Source of the DNA: an uncultured virus (IMG/VR IMGVR_UViG_3300025840_000026)
Lineage: Duplodnaviria; Heunggongvirae; Uroviricota; Caudoviricetes
DNA length: 20,000 nucleotides
Reading direction: 5' to 3' (one strand)
Virus record (IMG/VR): IMGVR_UViG_3300025840_000026
Under the pieces are notes generated by a model, which made no database searches, was not told the DNA's origin, and saw only the letters and a list, made by a program, of their open reading frames with translations. Below, one piece after another: positions 7,158 to 15,730 of this stretch. Numbering within the stretch: the first letter of the stretch is position 1; each line of letters starts with the position of its first letter. The position numbers and the translations under genes were made by a program.

Positions 7158-9515
7158 ATGATGAATGAAACACTAAAAAACCAAAAAGACACTCTTGCAA
7201 AATTAATGGCAACTGAAAACCTTACAGTTGTTCATAAGAAAATACAAACTGCATACTTCGATGTTAAGAATAGGATACTTGCTTGTCCTATCTTTAAAGA
7301 AGACATGTCTCCTGAACTCTATGACTTGTTCATGGGTCATGAAGTAGGACATGCCCTTCACACTCCACTAGAAGGTCTACATTCAACTCTAACAGAGAAC
7401 AAGACCCTAAAGGGTTACCTCAATGTGATTGAAGATGTAAGGATTGAGAGTGCAATTAAAAACAAATTTACAGGTCTTAGAAAGTCATTCTTTAAAGCTT
7501 ACAATGAATTAATGGATATTGACTTCTTCCAATTAAAAGGAAGAAACTTAGAAGAACTTTCATTGATTGATAAAATCAACTTGATTACTAAAGTTGGTTC
7601 TAGGGTTAACATCAACCTTACTGATGAAGAACAAGTCTTTCTTGACATGGCATATGAATGTAAGACTTGGGAAGATGTTGTAGAATGTGCAAAAGCAATT
7701 TATGAATGGTCTAAAGAGAATGAGACTAGGGATGAAAATGATGAGTCAATCGTTCCCACATCTTATCAGTATGATGAATCTGACTTTGATGAAGATGAAA
7801 TGGAAGAGTATGATGAATCTGACTTTGATGAAGAGGATGATGATACTGAAAACACTTCAGGTGAATCTGAACTAACTGATTCTCTTCCTGACATTGACAC
7901 TTCAGAAATGAAGGACACTGGTGAGTCAGTAGAGACAGAAGTAGATGAAGATGAAGACATCAAAAACACTGGTGAAAAAAGAGACGGTGGAGCAGGTGCA
8001 AATCAGTTTGATGATGATGACGGTGCAAGGGAAGCTCTGACTGAACACTATGCACATGAGAATGAAGAAATGTTTATTTCTGAAAATGCAGCTGTCAGAA
8101 CTCATCTTAATATGAAAGATGTCTATAAAGAACTAGATGTAGAAAAAATTGTAGTTCCTTACAAAAAAGTTCTTTCTGACTGGTCAAGATTTTGGGTAAA
8201 ACATGAGAATGGTCGCATAACTCAAGACGATGACATCATTCTTGGTCTTAAAAGAGCAAAACATACTGCAAAAAAAATTCAAAACAAAAACAAAAAAGTT
8301 GTCATGCATATGGCAAAAGAATTTGAAATGAGACAGACTGCATTGAAAAGTGTCAAAGCTTATCAAGGTAAAACTGGTAAGTTAGATATGAATCTACTTG
8401 CAAAATATCAGATTGTTGATGATGTATTCAAAAGAGCAACTTATCTTCCTGAAGGTAAGAATCATGGTATTACTGTTCTACTTGATTGGTCAGGTTCTAT
8501 TAGTAGAGAGGCAGCTGACCTATTAGAGCAAAGTATCATTCTTGCAGAGTTTTGTAGAAAAACAAGTATTCCCTACAGGGTTTATCTTTTCTCAGATTGT
8601 TATTTTCCTAGAAGTGGTGATTATGTAGATTGGTTAAATAGACCTGTTTCACTAATTGAGATTATGTCTAATGAAATGACAAATAGACAACATCAAGAAA
8701 TGATGATTAACATTGCATCACTTTGGAATAATTTTTGGTTGGCAAACTTCTCTAACAGAAAAGGTTATGATAAAATTATCGAGACCTACAACGATATGTT
8801 TGGTGAAGTTGACTACATGTGTCCTGAGACAACTCGTGGGTATCTACACTTTTCAACCTATTGTAGACCTAGTGGTTATGATTTAGGTGGAACTCCTTTG
8901 AATTCATCCATTGTTGCACTGAGAAAACTTCTTCCTATTTTCAACAAGAAGTATGGAATTGAGAAATCAATTCTGACTGTAGTCACAGATGGTTATTCTC
9001 ACGATTGTGAAGCATTGAGACCTTCTGAAAAAGAAAAGAATGATTATAGAGAACAAGCTGATGATGCTTGGAGTAATTGGACTAGAGAGATAATTGATGA
9101 TGAAAACAACAAAGTATATGAGTATTCAAAAAAATCACAATATAGACAAGGATTTGATGTGACTCAGAATCTACTTTCATGGGTTGAAGACACTACAGGT
9201 GTTCAGATTGCAGGTTACTTTGTCCTTTCGAAAAAAACTGACCTCTATAGTTTGATGCACTCTGCTGATGTTAACGTAGATACTGAACTTCTATGGAAAG
9301 ATGTCAGAAACAATGGTGCAGTAGTGAAGTGTAAAGGTTACAGTAAACTTTTTATCACTACACCTAAGTCACTTGGTGTTGATTCTGAAGACACTTTGTC
9401 TGACGATTATATCGATGCAAAAAAAGTAAGAGTGTTAGCAGCTTTCAAAAGAAATCAGAAAGCAAAAACAACTTCAAGATTTTTAACTAATGAGTTTATA
9501 AAGGAGATAGCATAA
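7158..9515 (+). CDS. CobT-like protein: N-terminal HExxH metallopeptidase-like domain, acidic linker, C-terminal vWA domain
   Basis: GHEVGHALHT and NVIEDVRIE; D/E-rich linker; MIDAS LLDWSGS, GGTPL, VVTDG; upstream of CobS-like AAA+. Confidence 0.85.
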   Translation: MMNETLKNQKDTLAKLMATENLTVVHKKIQTAYFDVKNRILACPIFKEDMSPELYDLFMGHEVGHALHTPLEGLHSTLTENKTLKGYLNVIEDVRIESAIKNKFTGLRKSFFKAYNELMDIDFFQLKGRNLEELSLIDKINLITKVGSRVNINLTDEEQVFLDMAYECKTWEDVVECAKAIYEWSKENETRDENDESIVPTSYQYDESDFDEDEMEEYDESDFDEEDDDTENTSGESELTDSLPDIDTSEMKDTGESVETEVDEDEDIKNTGEKRDGGAGANQFDDDDGAREALTEHYAHENEEMFISENAAVRTHLNMKDVYKELDVEKIVVPYKKVLSDWSRFWVKHENGRITQDDDIILGLKRAKHTAKKIQNKNKKVVMHMAKEFEMRQTALKSVKAYQGKTGKLDMNLLAKYQIVDDVFKRATYLPEGKNHGITVLLDWSGSISREAADLLEQSIILAEFCRKTSIPYRVYLFSDCYFPRSGDYVDWLNRPVSLIEIMSNEMTNRQHQEMMINIASLWNNFWLANFSNRKGYDKIIETYNDMFGEVDYMCPETTRGYLHFSTYCRPSGYDLGGTPLNSSIVALRKLLPIFNKKYGIEKSILTVVTDGYSHDCEALRPSEKEKNDYREQADDAWSNWTREIIDDENNKVYEYSKKSQYRQGFDVTQNLLSWVEDTTGVQIAGYFVLSKKTDLYSLMHSADVNVDTELLWKDVRNNGAVVKCKGYSKLFITTPKSLGVDSEDTLSDDYIDAKKVRVLAAFKRNQKAKTTSRFLTNEFIKEIA
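7768..7834 (+). repeat. Perfect 28-bp direct repeat (period 39) in the acidic linker
   Basis: AGTATGATGAATCTGACTTTGATGAAGA at 7768-7795 and 7807-7834, encoding YDESDFDE twice. Confidence 0.9.
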
Positions 9516-9799
9516 TGGAACCATTAAGAGTTGACCCTAGTTATTATCAGACCTTCCCTGATAGTTCTAGTTTATTAGCAGATGCAATACAGGAAGTAGG
9601 CCCTTCACCTTGTCAGAAATTTAATTGTGATAAGTGGAGTCAGTGTGCAAGTGAGAAAGTCGAATGTAAGGCATTCAGAGTTTGGACTAACAATGGTGTT
9701 GGAGTGTATGAGAGACACTTAGTGTTAAAGAAAGATGGAACTCCAAGGGAAAAACCTATCCAAGATGCAGTGGGAATTCTGTTGCAACCTATTAAATGA
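9515..9799 (+). CDS. Small Cys-containing hypothetical protein, 94 aa
   Basis: TAATG coupling and SD AAGGAG; C-x4-C-x5-C-x6-C cluster (PCQKFNCDKWSQCASEKVEC). Confidence 0.75.
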   Translation: MEPLRVDPSYYQTFPDSSSLLADAIQEVGPSPCQKFNCDKWSQCASEKVECKAFRVWTNNGVGVYERHLVLKKDGTPREKPIQDAVGILLQPIK

Positions 9800-9843
9800 T
9801 TGATTTAAAAGGTAATTTATTTTCATTATTTTTTGAAAAACTA

Positions 9844-9873
9844 TTGACAGTGACCTCTACTTTTTTATATACT
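9844..9873 (+). promoter_or_regulatory. Strong sigma70-type promoter, copy 3
   Basis: TTGACA-GTGACCTCTACTTTTTTA-TATACT, followed by SD AAGGAG and ATG 9905. Confidence 0.85.
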
Positions 9874-9904
9874 AATAACTGATGAGAAAAAAAGGAGACT
9901 TATT

Positions 9905-11143
9905 ATGAACAAAGAACTTATAACCGTTCTGAAGTCCGTTGTAGTAAACGGCAAACCCTTCCACTTTACCCCTGATAGAAAGGAGTTCTTGGAAACACTT
10001 CAATCTTCATATCCCAATAAGGTTGAATTTACTAAAGAGGAATTAAATACTGTTGGAGATTTCCCATACTGGGTCAAGTCTGCAAGGTATGACTTCAATC
10101 AAGGTAATGGGATTTTTAATCTATCCCAAGTTATGGGTAATGTAGTTGCAATGACTACACCATCCAAACCTAGAAGTTTTTCAATTCCTGCAAAACCAGT
10201 TTCTAATATGCCTGTTGCAGCTCAGACTGAAACATTGAATGTGTTGGAAGATAATATCAAAATCATTCCTGAGAAGATGTCGAACTACGTTCCTTTTGGA
10301 CACTTCAAAGATATTGATAATATTATCAAGTCTAAAATCTTCTTTCCAGTATTCGTGACTGGTCTTTCAGGTAATGGTAAAACATTGATGATTGAACAAG
10401 TGTGTGCAAAACTGAAGAGGGAACTCTACAGGGTCAATATCACCATCGAGACAGATGAAGATGATTTGATGGGTGGACACACTCTAGTCAATGGTAACAT
10501 TACTTTCAGAGAAGGCCCTGTTATCAAAGCAATGAGAAAAGGTGCAGTCCTTCTCTTAGACGAAGTTGACTTGGGTTCTAACAAACTAATGTGTCTACAA
10601 TCAGTTCTTGAAGGTAAAGGATACCTAATCAAGAAAACTGGTGAGTGGGTGACACCTAAAGAAGGTTTCACTATCCTTGCAACTGCAAACACCAAAGGTC
10701 AAGGTTCTGAAGATGGAAAGTTCATTGGAACTCAAATCATGAACGAGGCAATGTTGGAAAGGTTTGCAATCACAATGCAACAAGAATATCCACCAGTGAC
10801 TACTGAAAGAAAAATTCTTTCAAAAGAAATGGAATTGACTGGAGACGTTGACGAAGAGTTCGTGACCAAACTAGTAGACTGGGCAGACATAATCAGAAAG
10901 ACTTTCTACGAAGGTGCAATTGATGACGTTGTCACTACTAGAAGACTGGTTCACATTGTGAATGCATACAGAATGTTTGGTGACAAACTTAAGTCCATTC
11001 AAATGTGTATCTCAAGGTTTGACGAAGATACTAGGACTGCAATCCTAGACCTCTACACCAAGATTGATGCAGGGGTTGACTTAAATGCAGAAAACCCTGT
11101 TGACGAAAACGACTCATCAGAGTATAATGAATCTTATGAGTAA
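9905..11143 (+). CDS. cobS: CobS/MoxR-like AAA+ ATPase
   Basis: Walker A GLSGNGKT, ETDEDDLMGG, Walker B LLLDEVD, ATANTKGQG, NEAMLERF, TTRRLVHI; the phage CobS type. Confidence 0.9.
   Translation: MNKELITVLKSVVVNGKPFHFTPDRKEFLETLQSSYPNKVEFTKEELNTVGDFPYWVKSARYDFNQGNGIFNLSQVMGNVVAMTTPSKPRSFSIPAKPVSNMPVAAQTETLNVLEDNIKIIPEKMSNYVPFGHFKDIDNIIKSKIFFPVFVTGLSGNGKTLMIEQVCAKLKRELYRVNITIETDEDDLMGGHTLVNGNITFREGPVIKAMRKGAVLLLDEVDLGSNKLMCLQSVLEGKGYLIKKTGEWVTPKEGFTILATANTKGQGSEDGKFIGTQIMNEAMLERFAITMQQEYPPVTTERKILSKEMELTGDVDEEFVTKLVDWADIIRKTFYEGAIDDVVTTRRLVHIVNAYRMFGDKLKSIQMCISRFDEDTRTAILDLYTKIDAGVDLNAENPVDENDSSEYNESYE
11100..11128 (+). promoter_or_regulatory. Sigma70-type promoter inside the cobS 3' end
   Basis: TTGACG-17 nt-TATAAT; ATG 11136 is 7 nt downstream, no SD. 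Confidence 0.7.
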
Positions 11144-11423
11144 AAATATTAACTACAAGTATAATGAGGACAAACTCCTGAAGGAGTTTTCCTCGTATCT
11201 TGACCAAACCTATGACCAACACTATAGTTTAAATCAGTTCCAAGCTACGGAATTTATTTTAGATAGTGGTCATGGTGAGGGATTCTGTATTGGCAACATA
11301 CTTAAGTATGCACAACGATACGGTAAAAAAGATGGGTATAATCGTAAGGATTTGTTGAAGGTCTTACACTACGCTCTTATTGCTTTACATAACCATGACC
11401 TTCAACACGAGGAAAAAAAATAG
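11136..11423 (+). CDS. DUF3310-like small protein (T7 gp1.7 nucleotide-kinase related)
   Basis: QHY...GEGFCIGNILKYAQRYGKKDG...DLLKVLHY motif; start moved to ATG 11136. Confidence 0.7.
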   Translation: MSKNINYKYNEDKLLKEFSSYLDQTYDQHYSLNQFQATEFILDSGHGEGFCIGNILKYAQRYGKKDGYNRKDLLKVLHYALIALHNHDLQHEEKK

Positions 11424-12094
11424 TGATGAAAATATCTACCAATACAAGGAGTGTTCTCAAAAACTTTTCTACGATTAATTCAGGAATTAGAGTGAAATCA
11501 GGAAACAAGTTGGAGACCATTTCACAAATGAAAAATATTCTTGCAGTGGCAACGGTGAATGAAAGTTTCCCTCAAGATTTTAGTATCTATAACCTACCTG
11601 AATTTCTTGGTGCAACCTCTTTAATGGAAGACCCTGAATTTCAATTTGGTGACAGTTCTATGACTGTTGCAGATAACAATACAACTATGGCATATTTTTA
11701 TGCAAGTGATGGTATGGTGACTGCACCTGAAAAGATGATTACAATGCCTGATGCAGAAATTGGGTTTGATATCAGTTCACAATTATTAGGTGACCTTAAC
11801 AAAGCTGCAAGTGTCTTGAATGTAAATGACCTAGTTCTAGAATCAGACGGAACAAAAGTTACACTTACTGTAAAAGATAAAAAGAATGCAGCTTCTAATA
11901 CATTCTCTAGGATTGTAGGAGAAAATACTACAGGGGTAAAATACTCTATGAACTTCAAAATTGAGAACTTGAAGATTTTAGATGGAAACTATAGTGTCTT
12001 AGTTTCATCAAAAGGTATTTCACACTTCAAGAATAAAGACATTGATTTAAATTACTTTATTGCATTAGAACCTGATTCAAAATACAATGTCTGA
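11423..12094 (+). CDS. gp45: Sliding clamp
   Basis: MKIS...LKNFSTINSGI, FSIYNLPEFL, NFKIENLKILDGNY, YFIALEPDS; precedes gp44 (GTG 11423 or ATG 11426). Confidence 0.95.
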   Translation: MMKISTNTRSVLKNFSTINSGIRVKSGNKLETISQMKNILAVATVNESFPQDFSIYNLPEFLGATSLMEDPEFQFGDSSMTVADNNTTMAYFYASDGMVTAPEKMITMPDAEIGFDISSQLLGDLNKAASVLNVNDLVLESDGTKVTLTVKDKKNAASNTFSRIVGENTTGVKYSMNFKIENLKILDGNYSVLVSSKGISHFKNKDIDLNYFIALEPDSKYNV

Positions 12095-12104
12095 ACTATA
12101 TAAT
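12076..12104 (+). promoter_or_regulatory. Putative promoter for the gp44 leader
   Basis: TTCAAA-17 nt-TATAAT; predicted +1 near 12111, the first base of hairpin 1. Confidence 0.45.
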
Positions 12105-12110
12105 ATAGTA

Positions 12111-12211
12111 GTGTTTAGAGAATCCAGTCTCGGCTCTTTACACGGGAGTAGTCCAATCTCATCATCCTTCTTTGGGGGACTACACGTGAATTCGGTGGGG
12201 AGTTCACATCT
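12111..12211 (+). ncRNA. Candidate structured cis-regulatory RNA (5' leader of gp44)
   Basis: GC-elevated gap with three consecutive hairpins: GUGUuuAGAG/CUCUuuACAC, GUAGUCC/GGACUAC, GUGAAUUC/GAGUUCAC; the last covers the SD. Confidence 0.6.
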
Positions 12212-13150
12212 ATGAACGAATTCTTATTTGTAGAAAAATACAGACCTCAAACAATTGAGGATACCATACTACCTGAAAGACTTAAACAAACATTTAAAGA
12301 GTTTGTAAAACAGGGTGAGATACCAAATCTTATGTTGTGTGGTTCTGCTGGTATCGGTAAGACCACTGTTGCAAAAGCATTGTGTAATGAACTTGGTGCA
12401 GACTTTATCGTAATCAATGGTTCAGACGAAGGAAGATTGATTGATACACTTAGAACCAAAATCAAAAACTTTGCATCAACAGTTTCACTAAGTGGTGGCC
12501 CTAAAGTTGTTATTCTAGATGAGGCAGATTATATCAGTGCAGAAAGTGTTCAACCTGCACTACGAAATTTTATAGAAGAGTTCTCTTCAAACTGTAGATT
12601 CATATTCACTTGTAATTATAAGAATAGAATCATTGTCCCTCTACACTCTAGAACAACAGTCATTGACTTTACAATGACACCTGATGATAAACAAAAACTT
12701 GCAACTCTTTTCCATAAAAGAATTATGGAAATCTGTAGTCTTGAGAATATTGAATATGATGAAAAGGTTTTGGTTGAACTGGTTATTAAGTTCTTCCCTG
12801 ATTTTAGAAGATGCATCAATGAGGTTCAGAGATATGGTGTTAGTGGTGTAATTGACAGTGGTCTTCTTGCAACACTAAGTGAAGAAAAACTTACACCATT
12901 GATTCAAACACTACAAAACAAAAACTGGTCTGCAATGAGAAAATGGGTTGGTCAAAATTCTGATAATGATTTCAATACACTTTATCGTAAAGTGTTTGAT
13001 GCACTCGAACAGAAACTTGAACCATCTTCAATTCCAGCTGTAGTTCTTATCATTGCAGATTATCAACACAAGTCTGCATTTGCAATGGATAGTGAGATTA
13101 ACTTTGTTGCATGTCTCACTGAAATAATGTCGGAGTGTAAATTTAAGTGA
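12212..13150 (+). CDS. gp44: Clamp loader large subunit (RFC-like AAA+)
   Basis: LFVEKYRP, GSAGIGKTT, INGSDEG, ILDEAD, CRFIFTCN, PLHSR, FPDFRR. Confidence 0.96.
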   Translation: MNEFLFVEKYRPQTIEDTILPERLKQTFKEFVKQGEIPNLMLCGSAGIGKTTVAKALCNELGADFIVINGSDEGRLIDTLRTKIKNFASTVSLSGGPKVVILDEADYISAESVQPALRNFIEEFSSNCRFIFTCNYKNRIIVPLHSRTTVIDFTMTPDDKQKLATLFHKRIMEICSLENIEYDEKVLVELVIKFFPDFRRCINEVQRYGVSGVIDSGLLATLSEEKLTPLIQTLQNKNWSAMRKWVGQNSDNDFNTLYRKVFDALEQKLEPSSIPAVVLIIADYQHKSAFAMDSEINFVACLTEIMSECKFK

Positions 13151-14031
13151 GAGAAAAGGAGTATAAACAACTACTTCCTTTTGACCCAAATAAAAAAGTA
13201 TTAGACCAATTTGGTTGGAATCCTGTTTCTGTTGTTAAACCAACTAAGTCATCTAAAAAGATGTGGAGTCGTGCCTATCTAGACAATGTCGAATATAGAA
13301 GAGGGGAAGACATTGAGTATCTTGCAGGATTAAAGTTTAGTGAATTTCATGCTGGTATGGCAGAAAACATTATTCACTATTGGTCAATGAAGGGTGCAAA
13401 AGTTGTCGACCCATTTGCAGGAAGACTAACACGTGCATATGTAACTTCAAGTCTCGGTAGAACTTATGAAGGATACGATGTCGTTCAAAGAACCGTAGAT
13501 GAATCTAACAAAGTTTTAACTGAAGATAACTTAAATGGAATCATCCATGTTGGAAATGGATGTGTCATGGAGAAGACGGAATCAGAAACAGCTGACTTAG
13601 TATTTACTTGTCCACCATACCACCAATTAGAAAAATATGAATCTGTCGATTCCCAATTATCAGACATAGGAAGTTATGATGACTTCCTTACACAGATAGA
13701 TATATGTGCAGAAAACTGTCACAGAGTGATGAAAGAAGGTGCATTTTGTGTATGGGTTGTGGGTGATTGGAGAGAGAAAGGCATTTACAGGTCTTTCCAC
13801 TCTGACCTCATTACTATCATGCAAAATCAAAAACTAAAACATCATGACACTATAATTATGGAGAACCAGTCACCCTTTGCATCCCTTCAACTAGGAAAGG
13901 TTGCAGCTAATCGTTATACAAGTAAGATACATGAATTCATACTTGTATTTAAAAAAGAGGGTATACTAAATCCTGTATCTCATGATATAATGGATAACAT
14001 AAACTTGGAGGCTTTTTATGGGACAATATAA
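13147..14031 (+). CDS. Amino (N4-C/N6-A) DNA methyltransferase
   Basis: SAM-binding VVDPFAG followed by catalytic FTCPPY; HRVMKEGAF and HEFILVFKK segments; GTGA overlap with gp44. Confidence 0.82.
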   Translation: MREKEYKQLLPFDPNKKVLDQFGWNPVSVVKPTKSSKKMWSRAYLDNVEYRRGEDIEYLAGLKFSEFHAGMAENIIHYWSMKGAKVVDPFAGRLTRAYVTSSLGRTYEGYDVVQRTVDESNKVLTEDNLNGIIHVGNGCVMEKTESETADLVFTCPPYHQLEKYESVDSQLSDIGSYDDFLTQIDICAENCHRVMKEGAFCVWVVGDWREKGIYRSFHSDLITIMQNQKLKHHDTIIMENQSPFASLQLGKVAANRYTSKIHEFILVFKKEGILNPVSHDIMDNINLEAFYGTI

Positions 14032-14317
14032 TGATAAAGTAGAGAGACAGAGAATTCTCTTAGAAGCAGAAGAATGGGCAAAGGGGATAAAATCCATTCA
14101 TGCACATTCTCTTAATTCAATGTGGTATGACACAAGACCACAAGATACACTTGAAGGTGGTGTGTTAGACGTTACTTTTAATGATGAATCTATCAAAAGA
14201 GAACTAAAAAATGGTGAGATTGTTTGGATGAATGGAGATAAAAAAACTGGTGATGAACTTATTGACCATTATGTCAGAACCGTATCACCAACTCAAACAC
14301 AATCACTACTTAAATAA
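14018..14317 (+). CDS. Hypothetical protein, 99 aa
   Basis: SD GGAGG before ATG; fills the gap between the methyltransferase and gp62. Confidence 0.75.
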   Translation: MGQYNDKVERQRILLEAEEWAKGIKSIHAHSLNSMWYDTRPQDTLEGGVLDVTFNDESIKRELKNGEIVWMNGDKKTGDELIDHYVRTVSPTQTQSLLK

Positions 14318-14319
14318 TA

Positions 14320-14712
14320 ATGGATAAGACTAATCCTTTTGACTTTGTCAAGTCAGTGTCACATACAAAAAAAGACATCATGTTTGATGAAGTCGAGGAG
14401 AAGTCTTACGCTCCTTTCTTAACCAATAAAGCATTATCTTATCACCAAGATTCGATATTCTTCGCTAATGAAATCAATTGTAGACACAGTCTAGATAACC
14501 GTCTTCAATACTCGTTTTTTCTAAATACTCTAAGAAAAAGAAATCGTTTTTCTAAGTGGGAGAAACCCTACATTAGCACAAAACTCGATGTAATTAAAGA
14601 TTATTATCAGATATCAACTAGAGAAGCACAAGACTACATGACACTTCTATCTGATAAAAATATTCGTGAGTTGAAGAAAAGAATGAACATTGGTGGTAAG
14701 AATAATGGATAA
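14320..14712 (+). CDS. gp62: Clamp loader small subunit
   Basis: PFDFVKSV, YAPFLTNKALS, FANEIN, LQYSFFLNTLRKRNRFSKW, IGGK end; directly before regA. Confidence 0.92.
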   Translation: MDKTNPFDFVKSVSHTKKDIMFDEVEEKSYAPFLTNKALSYHQDSIFFANEINCRHSLDNRLQYSFFLNTLRKRNRFSKWEKPYISTKLDVIKDYYQISTREAQDYMTLLSDKNIRELKKRMNIGGKNNG

Positions 14713-15112
14713 CCTAGAACAACAAATACAAGACCTAGTCGAGGTCACATTTCCCGAAAAGGATGACTTTTTAAAGATAAGAGAGACTTTGTCTAGAATT
14801 GGTGTAGCTTCACGAAGAGAACAAGAACTATTTCAATCATGTCATATCCTGCACAAACGTGGAAAATACTATATTGTGCATTTCAAAGAATTATTTAAAC
14901 TTGATGGTAAACCTACTAATATCGATGAAAGTGATATTGGTAGAAGAAATACCATTGTTAAACTATTAGAACAGTGGAAATTGGTGAGTATTGTGGATAA
15001 ATCGAAAACAGAAGAACCACTAACACCACTTTCACAGATAAAGATTATTCCCTTCAAAGAGAAAAACCAGTGGAAACTTACAACTAAGTATTCCATCGGT
15101 TCTTCAAATTGA
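14705..15112 (+). CDS. regA: Translational repressor RegA
   Basis: DDFLKIRETLSRIGVAS, LFQSCHILHKRGKYYIVHFKELFKLDG, RRNTI, KY-IG end; start moved to ATG 14705. Confidence 0.96.
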   Translation: MDNLEQQIQDLVEVTFPEKDDFLKIRETLSRIGVASRREQELFQSCHILHKRGKYYIVHFKELFKLDGKPTNIDESDIGRRNTIVKLLEQWKLVSIVDKSKTEEPLTPLSQIKIIPFKEKNQWKLTTKYSIGSSN

Positions 15113-15118
15113 TAAATA
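15112..15118 (+). promoter_or_regulatory. Putative late promoter core ATAAATA (second copy at 15346-15352)
   Basis: Each copy sits at a stop codon and precedes an AGGAGG SD and a small membrane-protein gene. Confidence 0.45.
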
Positions 15119-15146
15119 CTTTACGTAAAAAGTCTAGGAGGCTAAT

Positions 15147-15353
15147 ATGTTTCAAGGAATCATAGACTTTGTTATGGGAATATGGAACTTATTGATGATT
15201 GTCCCTGTGGTAATCTCAATCTGTTCTGTAGTTGTAGCTCTTACACCTACACCTGTCGATGACAAAGTGTGGGCAAAGGTCTACAAATATTTGGAAGTCT
15301 TAGCTCTTGCTGTTGGTAAGGCAAAAGACAAAAATCCATTATTGGATAAATAA
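15147..15353 (+). CDS. Small membrane protein (holin-like possible), 68 aa
   Basis: SD AGGAGG; hydrophobic helix followed by ALTPTPVDD and an amphipathic helix. Confidence 0.75.
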   Translation: MFQGIIDFVMGIWNLLMIVPVVISICSVVVALTPTPVDDKVWAKVYKYLEVLALAVGKAKDKNPLLDK

Positions 15354-15378
15354 TTAATCTACTAGTAGGAGGCATATT

Positions 15379-15648
15379 ATGGATAACGGCGCAATTATCT
15401 TTATTGTTGTAGTTGTAGCTTTGTTTGCATTCTTTATGTTTAAAGATAAAGGCAAACAGGTTAATGTGAAAACATCTGCATCAAAACCAGTAGAATCTGC
15501 ACCAGTTAAGAATGTTCCTTCAGCTGCAGAACTCAAAAAGTTGACCAAAAATCAATTGATTGATTTAGCTGAAAGAAAAAATCTTAAGGTGAAAAAATCA
15601 GGTTCTAAGGCATCTGTTATTACAGAAATAAGAAATCAGATGAAGTAA
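15379..15648 (+). CDS. Membrane-anchored protein with C-terminal Rho-N/HeH-like helical domain
   Basis: SD AGGAGG; N-terminal TM AIIFIVVVVALFAFFMF, Pro/Lys linker, ELKKLTKNQLIDLAERKNLKVKKSGSKASVITEI. Confidence 0.75.
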   Translation: MDNGAIIFIVVVVALFAFFMFKDKGKQVNVKTSASKPVESAPVKNVPSAAELKKLTKNQLIDLAERKNLKVKKSGSKASVITEIRNQMK

Positions 15649-15670
15649 ACCTACATCTATGAGTATTATA

Positions 15671-15697
15671 AAGGGGTCAGCAAGACCCCTTTTTTTT
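15671..15697 (+). terminator. Rho-independent terminator
   Basis: AAGGGGTC-AGCAA-GACCCCTT followed by a T run. Confidence 0.92.
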
Positions 15698-15717
15698 GCC
15701 TAGAAAAAACCTAAAAC

Positions 15718-15725
15718 TATAAATA
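15718..15725 (+). promoter_or_regulatory. T4 late promoter TATAAATA heading the curli-like cassette
   Basis: Exact consensus just after the terminator, 5 nt before ATG 15731, no SD. Confidence 0.8.
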
Positions 15726-15730
15726 GAAGT

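Noticed and set aside
1867..7875. Alternative-frame plus ORFs 1867-2073 and 7687-7875
   Set aside because: Nested in conserved genes; explained by stop-poor frames, especially in the GAT/GAA-rich linker.
7158..11143. Functional cobalamin cobaltochelatase (CobNST)
   Set aside because: No cobN or other cob genes in the window; the names reflect AAA+/vWA homology only.
12111..12211. tRNA, terminator or known riboswitch (for example yybP-ykoY because of GGGAGUAG)
   Set aside because: No cloverleaf or T-loop, no U-tract, and the remaining conserved riboswitch elements are missing.
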